Assembly: GCA_963667175.2 (NCBI GenBank)
Contig: CAXXXF010000006.1
Coordinates: 544,001-608,000, forward strand
DNA length: 64,000 bases
Source: Candidatus Latescibacterota bacterium
GTDB taxonomy: Bacteria > Latescibacterota > UBA2968 > GCA-2709665
Reading direction: 5' to 3'
Part shown: positions 31,484-41,737 of the stretch, piece after piece
Layout: each line of letters begins with the position of its first letter
How positions within the stretch are numbered: the stretch's first letter is position 1
The notes under the pieces: model-generated
What the model saw: the letters and a program-made list of their open reading frames with translations, nothing else
Database searches by the model: none
Told to the model about the DNA's origin: nothing
Made by a program: the position numbers and the translations under genes

Positions 31484-31936
31484 ATTCCCACCGCTTATCC
31501 TCCCGCTTTTCATCCGCCGCAACCGCCTATTAACCTCAATTCGAAAAAAGACAACCGAAAAATCGGCCACAAAAGGCACAAAAGACACAAAGGGCATAGC
31601 TGCAAAACGGCGTGTAGAGGTTGTCGAAAGGCATGTTATCACGGTTCACCACCAGTGACCTGAAGGTTCCTGAAAATCCGACGTCAAATCGCCATTATTC
31701 ACCTGCGTTTATTCGAATTCACGTTCCCTGAGAACCACGAATCAAGGTTAAGCCACGCTTCAAATTCCCGCCTTGAGCTGTCCCCCCTTGCCGGTTTCAT
31801 CACCGGGGAATCGCCTGCAAACAGCGCTCCCCCGACCTCTTCCGGCGACCATACAATCCCCCGTTAAATTCGTTAAATAGTGGACGCATGACACCTGTTT
31901 TGTTTTATATTGAAGAAGTGCGAATGCGGCGCTCTG

Positions 31937-32061
31937 TTGCAAATTGCGACATCTTGACTATCTTTCCACCGCGTTGAAACCGAACGCGTGGCCTGCGCGA
32001 CGGCTACTTTTCCGATGCAGCATGACAATCCCGGCGAACGGGCCTCGGACGACGTTCGCGT
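31937..32061 (+). repeat. conserved promoter + structured leader, copy 2
   Basis: Repeat of 28891..29016. Confidence 0.7.
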
Positions 32062-32137
32062 GTGATTCCGCAATGACTTGCCGCTGTAACCACGTCATCG
32101 GCAATAACGCCGATGTACATTCCCCGGGAGGGAATGA

Positions 32138-33289
32138 ATGAATCCACTTGAAGAGAGACTGAATCGATTGGAGACGCGCGTAACGCGCTATCGCAATTTC
32201 AACGTCCTGCTGTGTCTACTGCTGGTCACCGTTGTCACGGTGGCCGCAAGAGAAGGCGCATCGCCGTTTCAGGCGAAGTCCGCTCCTCAACCCGCCGCGA
32301 TGCCTCAAGGCGACTTCGGCATTCCTGATTTGCCTGACAGAAACGTGCCTGAGGTGCTGTATCCAACTGATAACTTCGCCGGAAAATTTCCTGCACAGAC
32401 GCAGGGGACGATCCGCACGAGACGACTGGAGATTGTGAACAACGATGATGATGCGGTAGTTGTCCTGACACCCAATACCAAGGGTGGCGGTCTCATCTAT
32501 GTGAATTCGCCCGAAAGTAGACAACTGGTTTATATCGGATCGTCAGCTGCAAGTGGAAGTGGTTTGGTATTGATCAATTCGACAGAAGAGAAAAACCTGA
32601 TCTCCCTTTCATCAGACTCCGAGGCAGGAGATGGATATATCGGTATTAGAAACAGAAACGAAGCCCGTTTGCTCAGTTTCTTCGCACATAAAGAGAATCC
32701 CAGGATACACATAAATAATGCTGAACATAAGAATCTGGCATACCTTGGCGCAAGCACATCGGGCAACGGAATGCTGAGTCTAAAGAATAAATCGGGAGAA
32801 CGCATGGTGTCTGCGACTACAGATGATATGTCCGGTCACCTGAGTCTATTGAATAACAACGACAAGACGATTGCCTATTTGGGGACACATTCTGACTATT
32901 TGGGAACACTTTCCGATGGTAGCGGGGTCCTGGAAATCTTTTCCAAAACAGGCACAGAGCTCATCACAGCGGGTGCAAACACCGCGGACAATGGATTGAT
33001 CAGAGTAAGCAATAGCCAGGGTGCCCTCGGCGTTGCGCTCGTTGCGGGAAAAGAACGTGGATACGTCGGGATACAGAACACCCAGGAGCGGCCTCTTGCG
33101 GAACTGACAGTGACGCCGGGCGGCGATGGACTTGTACGTACGTGGTCTTCACAGGGTATCATTACCTGGGCAAGCCATTCCGATCAGGTCGACGCGGGTT
33201 CATCCATAAGGGGTGATTTGGACGATGACGGCGACGTTGACGGTGATGACTTCCTGCTTTTTTCCGAGAACTTCGGCAAGAAAAAGTGA
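32138..33289 (+). CDS. exported beta-repeat protein with C-terminal dockerin/EF-hand-like motif
   Basis: Same architecture as 25834..26871. Ends GDLDDDGDVDGDDFLLFSENFG. Confidence 0.75.
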   Translation: MNPLEERLNRLETRVTRYRNFNVLLCLLLVTVVTVAAREGASPFQAKSAPQPAAMPQGDFGIPDLPDRNVPEVLYPTDNFAGKFPAQTQGTIRTRRLEIVNNDDDAVVVLTPNTKGGGLIYVNSPESRQLVYIGSSAASGSGLVLINSTEEKNLISLSSDSEAGDGYIGIRNRNEARLLSFFAHKENPRIHINNAEHKNLAYLGASTSGNGMLSLKNKSGERMVSATTDDMSGHLSLLNNNDKTIAYLGTHSDYLGTLSDGSGVLEIFSKTGTELITAGANTADNGLIRVSNSQGALGVALVAGKERGYVGIQNTQERPLAELTVTPGGDGLVRTWSSQGIITWASHSDQVDAGSSIRGDLDDDGDVDGDDFLLFSENFGKKK

Positions 33290-33292
33290 GCA

Positions 33293-36202
33293 ATGTTGCT
33301 GCTTAAGAGATTGAAAACAAGCTGTCTTATCGTGCTTGCTCTTGCCGGTTTGCTTTCCGGTAGTGTGGTTATTGGCGCGTCCCCAATTGACTACGAGAAG
33401 GAAGATCATCATCCGAAACTTGAGGGCTTTCTGGCTCGGATCCATAAGAACTGGATAGCACAAAAGCGGGCGCTGGCCAAGGCGACGGCAAGAAAGTACG
33501 GCGCTGTGGTATCCGATGGCGAAAACGTCACGGTCGTATTGGAGCCCCGCCCCGGTCGGCGATCGGACAGTATCGATTTCGAGACCTTGACCGACCTTGG
33601 CGTCAGCGTTGTCGCCCAATCCCGGCATCTGGTTGAGGTATCGGCGCCGATATCCGAGCTCGATAGAGTGGCCGAGGCGGACGGCGTGCAGTTTGTGAGA
33701 TTGCCGATTAGGCCAGAGCCGGATGCCATTGTCAGCGAGGGTGTTTCGGACATCAGGGCGGAGGTCCTTACAGCAAGTGGGTTTACCGGACGGGGCACGA
33801 AGATCGGCGTCATTGATATCGGCTTTGTCGGTGTTCCGTCTGTGCAGAATCAGGGAGAACTGCCGGAAGTGTACCATCGGGATTTCACGCGACAGGGAAT
33901 TTTTGAAAAAGGCAACCTGTCTGAACGTGCCATGGCGCATGGATCGGCCTGTGCTGAAATCGTCCATGATATCGCGCCTGACGCTGAGATTCATCTGTAT
34001 AAGGTCGGCAATCTTCTAAGTTGGGAAAACGCAAAGGACGCGGCAGTCCGGGACAGCCTTGACATTGTCACGGTATCGTTGTCCTATTTTGATGGATTCG
34101 GCGATGGCTCGGGGCGCGCGTGTGAGATCGTCGACGACGCATTCCAGAACGGTATTTTGTGGGTCAATTCAGCGGGGAATTACGCCGGTAGAGTCATCCG
34201 CGCGCAGTTCAGCGACCCGGACAGTGATGGATGGCACAATTTTGACGGAGACGATGAAATCGCCACCCTGGAGGATGGGTCGGGAAAAAGAAACCTGCAA
34301 GAAGGAGAGGAGGTGAAGGCGTGGTTGATCTGGAACGAATGGCCCGTCACGTCCAACGACTACGATCTCGTGCTCGTAAGAATCAATCACGACGACAGCG
34401 TTGAGGTCGTCGAGCGTGCTGATACGAGGCAGGTGGAGTCACCTCCCAGAGAGAGTCTTGTCGATACCGTTCGTGAACCGGGAACCTACGGCCTTGCAGT
34501 ATGGAGAGCTGAGGACGCCAAATCTACCGAATTCAAGCTGATAAGCGGCAAACATGATCTGGACGGGCCCGTCTCCATTTCCGGGACGGTCTCGACACCC
34601 GGTGACGCGCGTGGCGCCCTGACGGTAGGCGCGTTAAGTCATCTTAACTGGACGACGGGGCCTATCGAGTCGTACAGTTCGCAGGGTCCTACGTACGACG
34701 GACGGTTCAAACCCGACCTGGTGGCGCCCGCCGGTGTTTCTACCATAAGTTATGGTCCTTCCGGATACTATGGAACTTCGGCGGCAACGCCTCACGTCGC
34801 TGCGGCGGCGGCGCTTCTTAAGTCCGCCAATCCTGTGGATTATAACGCCCAAAAGTTGAAGGATGTCCTTACCCAGGCCGTCGTTGATATGGGTGATCCT
34901 GGACGAGATAACGTCTATGGCTATGGTAGACTGGATCTGTCTCGCCTTCCCCGGTTTGACATGCCGGTTATCGAACTTTCGCGAACCGTCCTGGATTTCG
35001 GCGGAGTCCCGCTGGGTTCATCGCAGACGCTTGATCTTGGCATTTCCAATACGGGCGCGGCCTCATTGATTATTTCGAAAGTAGCATTTCCACCCGGCGA
35101 TTTCGACGTTTTGCCATATTCCCACGCCGTGGCGCCCGGGCGAAACTTAACGTTATCCGTCACGTTTTCGCCGCAGAGCGAGGGTGACAAATCCGGCTAT
35201 ATGACCATTCTGACCAATCTGCCGCCGACTCCCGTGACACTGATCGCGCGAGGCGTTCGGCAACCCGTTGATCCGGTTCCTCGGATCGCGGTGGTTTCGT
35301 CTCTGCGCGATTTTGGCGACGTCGACGTCGGTGGTTCGAAGTCATTGACTGTCACGGTCACGAATTCCGGAGACGCTGTCCTGTCCGTTACGGATATTGT
35401 CACCAGCGATCAACGTGTGAGCGTTTCGCCCCGGCAGCTTTCCATTCCGCCAAAGCAAAACGGCTACGTTACGATTCGGTTTGAGCCGAACCGGTCGGGG
35501 GAGTTGTCGGCGCGCGTGACCATTTACAGCAACGATTCAGAATCGCCCGCGGTCAGTTTTCCCGTTGCCGGAAGGGGACGCCAACCCGAAACCATGTCCT
35601 TTACGTTATCTCTCGCCGCTGACGCGCCGAAGAATCAGGGCGTCTATGCCGCGCCTTCGGACGGTGCCGTTGCGGTGGAAATACACGGCCAGCAGGTAAA
35701 GGACGCCATCGGATTTCGCGCCGTGTTTGACTTTGACGCTCCGGCCCTGTCTTACAGCGGCTTTGAAATCGGTAACGGCATTCCGAACGGGCATTCCCCC
35801 GGCTACTTTTATCCCTCCGACGATTCTTCCTCGGTTGAAGTCACCGCGGCGTCGTTCCGCGGGAAAATCGCGCAATCGACGGCGAAACTGGGCACGATCA
35901 AGTTCGCGGTCGCGGATGCCTTTCAATCGGGTCAGATCCGACTGAGTTACGCGCGCATTCGGCGGTCCGGGAAGTTTGAGGGTTTCGCCGATCCCGTGGT
36001 CCTGAGTTTTTCGAAACAGGGCCGTTGGACAGCCGACTTCGATGGAGACGGTACCGTCGGCTTTGCTGATTTTGTGCAGTTTGCAGGCGCGTTCGGTCTG
36101 AGTCGCGGTGACGCGGGGTATGACGCGAAGTTTGATCTGGATGGAAATGGCATGGTCGGATTCAGCGATTTTGTTATCTTTGCCGGTAGCTTTGGAGCGT
36201 AG
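33293..36202 (+). CDS. secreted S8 (subtilisin-like) serine peptidase with two ASH/Ig-like, one cohesin-like and dockerin-like domains
   Basis: Signal peptide, triad VIDIG / HGSACA / GTSAATPHVA, KPDLVAP, C-terminal DFDGDGTVGFADF..DLDGNGMVGFSDF. Confidence 0.88.
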   Translation: MLLLKRLKTSCLIVLALAGLLSGSVVIGASPIDYEKEDHHPKLEGFLARIHKNWIAQKRALAKATARKYGAVVSDGENVTVVLEPRPGRRSDSIDFETLTDLGVSVVAQSRHLVEVSAPISELDRVAEADGVQFVRLPIRPEPDAIVSEGVSDIRAEVLTASGFTGRGTKIGVIDIGFVGVPSVQNQGELPEVYHRDFTRQGIFEKGNLSERAMAHGSACAEIVHDIAPDAEIHLYKVGNLLSWENAKDAAVRDSLDIVTVSLSYFDGFGDGSGRACEIVDDAFQNGILWVNSAGNYAGRVIRAQFSDPDSDGWHNFDGDDEIATLEDGSGKRNLQEGEEVKAWLIWNEWPVTSNDYDLVLVRINHDDSVEVVERADTRQVESPPRESLVDTVREPGTYGLAVWRAEDAKSTEFKLISGKHDLDGPVSISGTVSTPGDARGALTVGALSHLNWTTGPIESYSSQGPTYDGRFKPDLVAPAGVSTISYGPSGYYGTSAATPHVAAAAALLKSANPVDYNAQKLKDVLTQAVVDMGDPGRDNVYGYGRLDLSRLPRFDMPVIELSRTVLDFGGVPLGSSQTLDLGISNTGAASLIISKVAFPPGDFDVLPYSHAVAPGRNLTLSVTFSPQSEGDKSGYMTILTNLPPTPVTLIARGVRQPVDPVPRIAVVSSLRDFGDVDVGGSKSLTVTVTNSGDAVLSVTDIVTSDQRVSVSPRQLSIPPKQNGYVTIRFEPNRSGELSARVTIYSNDSESPAVSFPVAGRGRQPETMSFTLSLAADAPKNQGVYAAPSDGAVAVEIHGQQVKDAIGFRAVFDFDAPALSYSGFEIGNGIPNGHSPGYFYPSDDSSSVEVTAASFRGKIAQSTAKLGTIKFAVADAFQSGQIRLSYARIRRSGKFEGFADPVVLSFSKQGRWTADFDGDGTVGFADFVQFAGAFGLSRGDAGYDAKFDLDGNGMVGFSDFVIFAGSFGA

Positions 36203-36558
36203 GACTTGACAAAGTGACGAACCGGCGCGCGGCGTGGCTTCTGCCTGCCTGCAGCGCAGGGCTGACCAACGCGAAGCCACGATAAGAGAATCCCATGCGT
36301 AAATGCATCTCAGCGTCTGCCCTCATTGCCCCATGCGTTCAATTTCCGTATATTGATCTGGCCTACAACGATTGCAGATGAGTTATTTTCCCGGACCGCT
36401 GATAGATGGATAGAACAGCCATTGAGAAAACCCTGTGACCACCGCGATTCATACGATAGAAGATCTCGTTCGCAATCGGGGCAATAATTCTGAGTGGCCT
36501 GATGTGCCGCGTGCTACAAACTCGCACTCAAGAAGGTAAATTAGAAAAAGGATGCGGC

Positions 36559-36787
36559 GTGAAAAATCAAGAAATTACAATTTGCGTAACGCCAGAGGCT
36601 GCTCGTGTTTATCAGTCCGCATCATTACAAGATCGTCGAAAATTAAACGTCTTGTTAAGTCTGCAATTGAGCGGTTTGAGAAAACCGGCACGTCCAATTG
36701 AAGATATTATGCGCGAAGCCAGTGAAGAAGCGCAAAAAAAACGGTTTGACGCCTGAAATATTGAATGAACTGCTAAATGAAGCATAA
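36559..36787 (+). pseudogene. antitoxin with +1 frameshift in an A8 run
   Basis: Removing one A at 36734-36741 restores 'AQKNGLTPEILNELLNEA*'. Confidence 0.7.
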
Positions 36788-37201
36788 ATTGCGCTATGTA
36801 CTTGATACGAATGTCATTGTCAGTGCTCTTCTTTTGGCCAATCAACATCTGGACGATCATTAAAAATCGCGCTGAATCAAGGTGCGTTGCTTCTTTCGGA
36901 GGCAGTCGCCGAAGAATTGGAAGAAGTGCTTCGAAGGGATCGCTTTGATCGCTATGTAAAAAGAGAAACACGCGAAGAATTTCTTCAATCACTCATCCAA
37001 AGCGCAACGTTTATTGCAATAACAGCTCACATAGAGATCTGTCGAGACCCCAAAGACAACCAGTATTTGGAACTGGCAGTCAATGGTAAAGCGGACTGCA
37101 TTATCAGCGGCGATACAGATCTCATTGTTCTAAGTCCTTTTCGAGGAATAAACATATTGCCACCTCATGAATTCCTGCTGACACTCGGTCCCAATGCTTA
37201 G
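36777..37201 (+). pseudogene. PIN-family (PIN_3) toxin with frameshift
   Basis: 'YVLDTNVIVSALL' then a shift near 36835 to 'CRDPKDNQYLELA..ADCIISGDTDL'. Confidence 0.8.
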
Positions 37202-37257
37202 GTTCGGGTAAGCCGTCGTGCAATTACGCCCACCTTGATCCGTCAGCTGAATCGTCC

Positions 37258-38529
37258 ATGTCTCACCGATCCGAAGGACCCTCCGATACCCCGCCCCAAT
37301 TTCACGGCGCGCTCGCGCCGCTGAGCAACCCCGACTACCGCAGACTGCTGGCCAGCAACGCGCTCTGGTGGCAGTTCATGTGGATGGAAATCATCGTGGC
37401 GGGCTGGCTGGTCCTGGAGCTTACGGACTCGGCCTGGCAGGTGTCGCTCATCGGGTTCTACCGCATGGCCCCGCTGCTGTTGATCGGCTTCGTCTCCGGG
37501 CCCCTCATCGACCGGTTCGGCCGCAGGAGGATTATCATCTTCTCCCAGGCGGTCAATCTCGTCGTCTCCCTCCTGATCGCCCTGATCATCCTGACGGACC
37601 GCCTGGCCGTTTGGCATCTGGCCGTCGGCGCGCTGGTGATGGGCACGACCTGGGCGGTGGACTGGACCGCACGGCGTTCGCTGTTGCCGGACCTGGTGGG
37701 CAAGGCCCGAACCATGGACGCCATGCTCCTCGAGGGAATCTCCCAGAACGTCACCCGGGTGGCCGGGCCCTTTTCCAGCGGCGCCCTCTACGCGACCCTG
37801 GAACCGCTTGGCTGCTATCTGATCCTGACCGGGATCGCCCTGGCGTCTCTGATGATCCTTGGACGGCTCTCCAGACAACCCGCCCTCGAAAAAACGCCGA
37901 CGGACGGTTCACACTGGACCCGGACCGTGGAGGGGCTGCGTTATATCCGGCGAAACCCCGCGATTCTGGGGGTTACGCTCATTACGGTTGCCATGAACTT
38001 CCTGGTCTTTCCCTACCAGACCCTGTTGCCCGTGTTTGCGAGGGACATCCTGAATCAGGGCCCCGTCGGATTCGGCGTACTCGCCTCAGCCAACGGCGTC
38101 GGCGCGTTTGCTGGCCTGTGGATCGTCAGCAGGCTCCGCCGGGGCGTGACGACAACCCTGCTCTATGCGGGCGGCTCGTTTCTGATGGCCGCCGCCGTGG
38201 TTGTCTTTGCGACGTCGACCGGCTTCTACTTTTCGCTGGCACTCCTCATCCTGTCGGGAATCGGCCATGCGGCCTTCGGTCTTCTCCAGAGCACGATCGT
38301 CCTGCTATCGGCGCGGGACGACATGCGCAGCCGTGCAATGGGCGGCATCGTCCTCGCCATCGGCACGGGTCCGCCGGGCCGCCTGAGCACGGGCGCGGTC
38401 GCCGAACGCTTCGGCGCGCCCTTCGCCGTGGGTACGACGTGCGCCATCGCGGCCTTGTTCGTCGTTGCGGTCACGCTCGCCATGCCGGGTTTCAGAAACG
38501 CTCCGGCCGCACGTGAAGCGAGCGCATGA
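37258..38529 (+). CDS. MFS transporter
   Basis: About 12 hydrophobic segments, motif A 'GPLIDRFGRRR'. Confidence 0.9.
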   Translation: MSHRSEGPSDTPPQFHGALAPLSNPDYRRLLASNALWWQFMWMEIIVAGWLVLELTDSAWQVSLIGFYRMAPLLLIGFVSGPLIDRFGRRRIIIFSQAVNLVVSLLIALIILTDRLAVWHLAVGALVMGTTWAVDWTARRSLLPDLVGKARTMDAMLLEGISQNVTRVAGPFSSGALYATLEPLGCYLILTGIALASLMILGRLSRQPALEKTPTDGSHWTRTVEGLRYIRRNPAILGVTLITVAMNFLVFPYQTLLPVFARDILNQGPVGFGVLASANGVGAFAGLWIVSRLRRGVTTTLLYAGGSFLMAAAVVVFATSTGFYFSLALLILSGIGHAAFGLLQSTIVLLSARDDMRSRAMGGIVLAIGTGPPGRLSTGAVAERFGAPFAVGTTCAIAALFVVAVTLAMPGFRNAPAAREASA

Positions 38530-38659
38530 AGAAACCGTCCCCAGGAAGGGACGGCATTTTCGCCATCCGAATTATTACGTGGTCATTGATTCCAGCCGCG
38601 GATTTTTCGTTTTTTGTCGCGCGTTTCGTAGTTTCCAATGTTATTTTGCAGATAGCTTT

Positions 38660-39649
38660 TTACGTCGACAGAATCCGTTCGATCTCCCCTTTGAGCGATC
38701 CGTCCAACCTGGGGCCGTACTGCGCCACCACGCGCATCGACGCGTAGTTCGCGAGTTTCGCCGACTGCGCCGCGTCGAGTCCATGGGTAATCCCAAACAG
38801 ATAGGCCCCCGCGAACATATCGCCGGCGCCGTTGGTATCCACCGCATCGACGCTGAATCCCGGGGAGTGAAACCGTTCGCCTCCGTCCCGCACCACGGCG
38901 CCGTTGGCCTCACAGGTGACGGCATATGCGCCTACCATCGTTTCGAGCGCGGCGCAAGCGGCATTCGTATCGGGGGTTTCCGTAAACGCCTGCGCTTCAT
39001 CTTCATTGCAAAACAGCATGTCCACCCCGCCGGACGCCAGCGCCCGCATCCGGTCCCCGAACGCGGCCACGATGGAGGGGTCGCTCAGCGTCAGCGACAC
39101 CCGCGTCTTCCGCGCGCGCGCTTCGGCCTGGGCGGCAAGCGCCGCGGCGAACCCTTCATCCGAGGCGACAAGATAGCCTTCGATATACAGGGTTTCGCTT
39201 CTTCCGATCACCTCGGGTTCGAGCTGTTCCGGGCCGAACGTCCCGGTGATGCCCAGGTACGTATTCATCGTGCGATCGGCGTCGTCCGTGATCATCACGA
39301 GGCACTTGCCCGTAATTCCGTCACCCTGAAAACGGTTGGAAGCCACGCCCGCCGCCTCCAGGTCGCGGAGGTAGAAATCTCCGTACGAATCCTTCGCCAC
39401 CTTGCAGGCGTAATATGCCCTGCCGCCGAAGTCCGCCACGGCGATCATGGTATTCGCAGCCGAACCGCCCGACGAACGCTTCAGGACGTCATCGCCCAGG
39501 CTCTGGAGCAGTTCGTGATGGCGTTCCTCTCCGATCAGCGTCATGACGCCTTTTGCGATTCCCGCGTTGGCGAGAAACTTGGACGTGACGCGGTACTGGA
39601 TATCCAGCAGCGCGTTGCCGATTCCGTACACGTTATACGCTCTGCCCAT
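38660..39649 (-). CDS. PfkB family (adenosine kinase-like) kinase
   Basis: GIGNALLD, GGSAANT, RTMNTYLG, FCNEDEA, DTNGAGDMFAG. Confidence 0.9.
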   Translation of the reverse strand: MGRAYNVYGIGNALLDIQYRVTSKFLANAGIAKGVMTLIGEERHHELLQSLGDDVLKRSSGGSAANTMIAVADFGGRAYYACKVAKDSYGDFYLRDLEAAGVASNRFQGDGITGKCLVMITDDADRTMNTYLGITGTFGPEQLEPEVIGRSETLYIEGYLVASDEGFAAALAAQAEARARKTRVSLTLSDPSIVAAFGDRMRALASGGVDMLFCNEDEAQAFTETPDTNAACAALETMVGAYAVTCEANGAVVRDGGERFHSPGFSVDAVDTNGAGDMFAGAYLFGITHGLDAAQSAKLANYASMRVVAQYGPRLDGSLKGEIERILST

Positions 39650-39706
39650 TCGCGCTCCTTGCAATATCGTTTGGATTCCTTATCATTGTGGCGTACCCGG
39701 ATGGAA

Positions 39707-39733
39707 GTCGGGCAGGTTTGAAACCTGCCCGAC
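39707..39733. repeat. REP-like palindrome
   Basis: GTCGGGCAGGTTT-G-AAACCTGCCCGAC. Confidence 0.8.
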
Positions 39734-39987
39734 TTCGTAAATAAGCGTGCAACGACCTGGATGGAAACAAACTTCCTGGAGTCGTACTGTACACGAAGGT
39801 TTCGAGGCGGGTTCAATCCCAACCCTGGCAGCCCGTTGAAAAAGCCCATCCGGACTGCCAATGGAACCGGAGCGTGCTGTGGCGGATTGTTTCCCGACGA
39901 TCCACCACTGGTGGAATCGGGCGAGGGGAAGCGGACGAAGAAGGCGTGGAAGGAGTGGCTAAACGGCCGGGGAGTGTCGGAACGGGA

Positions 39988-40236
39988 TTACTCAGCGTCA
40001 TCCAATCTGGCTTCGTTTTTGGCAATGCGTTCACCGAAGGAGTCCAGGCGGGTTTCGATTCTCTCGAAGCGGGCGTCAACTTTATCAAAGCGAGCATCCA
40101 TTTTGTCTTCGAGCCTGTCTATCCGCTGAGTAAGTCTGTCTTCGAGCCTGGAAGTAAGTGTCCACATCGCGCCAACCAGCGTTGCCAGGAAAACGACTAT
40201 GCGGATGTTATCGGCGTTAAAGATTCTGCTAATCAT
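39988..40236 (-). CDS. small TM + coiled-coil protein, family B
   Basis: Paralog of 30520..30786 ('RLDSFGERIAKNE'). Confidence 0.75.
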   Translation of the reverse strand: MISRIFNADNIRIVVFLATLVGAMWTLTSRLEDRLTQRIDRLEDKMDARFDKVDARFERIETRLDSFGERIAKNEARLDDAE

Positions 40237-40396
40237 GCCAGACTTCTCCAGTGGTGGTTGCTGGAAAATTATACAGGTCCTCAATTCTTGTCAAGGGCAA
40301 ACATTAATCTTGCGCGACGGTTCTCGGGCGTGGAACGTCAAATACTCTTAAAAATCGCGATCAGTAACCCAAACCTTACGCCATCTCCGGACGCAG

Positions 40397-40425
40397 GTAG
40401 GGGCAGGTTTGAAACCTGCCCCTAC
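40397..40425. repeat. GTAG-type REP palindrome
   Basis: GTAGGGGCAGGTTT-G-AAACCTGCCCCTAC. Confidence 0.85.
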
Positions 40426-40524
40426 AATTGGGAGTCTGCCTAACCATAATACAATGACCTGGATAAACATTCCGAATGGTACGGCCGAAGTTTGGCGGGA
40501 GATCAGGAAGCGGGTGCAAAAGAC

Positions 40525-41025
40525 ATGGCGATTGACTATTACGACCTGCTGGGAGTAGAACGAGACGCCAGCGCCGCGGAAATTAGGCGGGCATACCGCG
40601 AGGCGGCTAAGCGGTATCATCCGGACCGCAACCGTGGTAACGAAAAGACTGCGGCAGAACTGTTTGTTATCATTCAACGTGCCGCTGATACACTGTTAGA
40701 TCCGGATCGCCGGACCGATTACGACAGTGTTTCGGCCACGAATTCACCGCCGAGCCCGCGGCCCGAAGCTGAACAACCGCCAACAAAAAAGGGCGCCGAT
40801 CGGAACCTTTTTTTATGTTTGATTTTTTGTGGCATTTGGGGCTTTTTGACCTGTCTGCTTTCCTGGAGTCTTTGGGAAGGGATAACCTCATTAGATGGTC
40901 CTTATTTTGTTAGCGTACTAGCCCTGATTGTGCCCTTATTGAGTTGGGCTTTGTGTATCTTGCTCCTCATTTTTGGTTTCTCGCGTTTGTTTGCAGAAAT
41001 TAAGTGGAAAAGGAAACAGTCTTGA
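40525..41025 (+). CDS. DnaJ-domain membrane protein
   Basis: DYYDLLGV..YHPDRN, two C-terminal TM segments. Confidence 0.85.
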   Translation: MAIDYYDLLGVERDASAAEIRRAYREAAKRYHPDRNRGNEKTAAELFVIIQRAADTLLDPDRRTDYDSVSATNSPPSPRPEAEQPPTKKGADRNLFLCLIFCGIWGFLTCLLSWSLWEGITSLDGPYFVSVLALIVPLLSWALCILLLIFGFSRLFAEIKWKRKQS

Positions 41026-41723
41026 GCACGATCATTACCTGCAACGTGCGGGACCAGGTCATCCTCATCGACGTTGAATCTGAAGACGATGGCGGGGGCT
41101 CGCGCAACCACGAACTCTGGCGTGCGAACTCCTTCAATGAGAAAGAGCCCGATACCCTGGACTGGATCGACGCCTGGTTCCAGCCCGGCGAGACGATTTA
41201 CGACGTCGGCGCGAATATCGGCCAATACTCCCTGTACGCGGCCCAAAAACTGAACGGTCGCGCCCGAATTCTCGCCTTCGAGCCGGAAGCCCTGAACCAC
41301 GCCAAGCTGAACAGGAACATTCTGCTCAACGACCTGGGAGAGGTCGTTACCGCCTACCCCCGTCGCTGTATCGGACCGCACGGCCATTCAGCACTTTTAT
41401 TCGTTCCCTTCGCGCCGGAGAACCGGCAGGGGGCGATGGCGGTGTCGCTGGACGACCTCACCGGGCGATTCGGCCTGCCGTTTCCCGATCACGTGAAAAT
41501 CGACGTCGACGGCATCGAAGACAGAATTGTCGCCGGCGCATCGCGAACGCTTGAAGACGTCAGATTGAAAACCGTGCTGATCGAAGTCTTCATGTTCGAA
41601 GACGTGGCCCGAAAGATCGAAACGGTCTTCTTCGAAAGGGGATTCGGCCTCGCCAACGCCGTTCCGGTCGACTACACCGAGGGTATTGTTCAGAACCTGA
41701 TCTTCAAGCGAGAGCAAACGTGA
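41022..41723 (+). CDS. FkbM family methyltransferase (possibly internally damaged)
   Basis: YDVGANIG, FEPE, KIDVDGIE. A short segment near 41355-41410 reads better in another frame (YPVAVSDRT). Confidence 0.75.
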   Translation: MSTIITCNVRDQVILIDVESEDDGGGSRNHELWRANSFNEKEPDTLDWIDAWFQPGETIYDVGANIGQYSLYAAQKLNGRARILAFEPEALNHAKLNRNILLNDLGEVVTAYPRRCIGPHGHSALLFVPFAPENRQGAMAVSLDDLTGRFGLPFPDHVKIDVDGIEDRIVAGASRTLEDVRLKTVLIEVFMFEDVARKIETVFFERGFGLANAVPVDYTEGIVQNLIFKREQT

Positions 41724-41737
41724 AATGAGAAGATACC

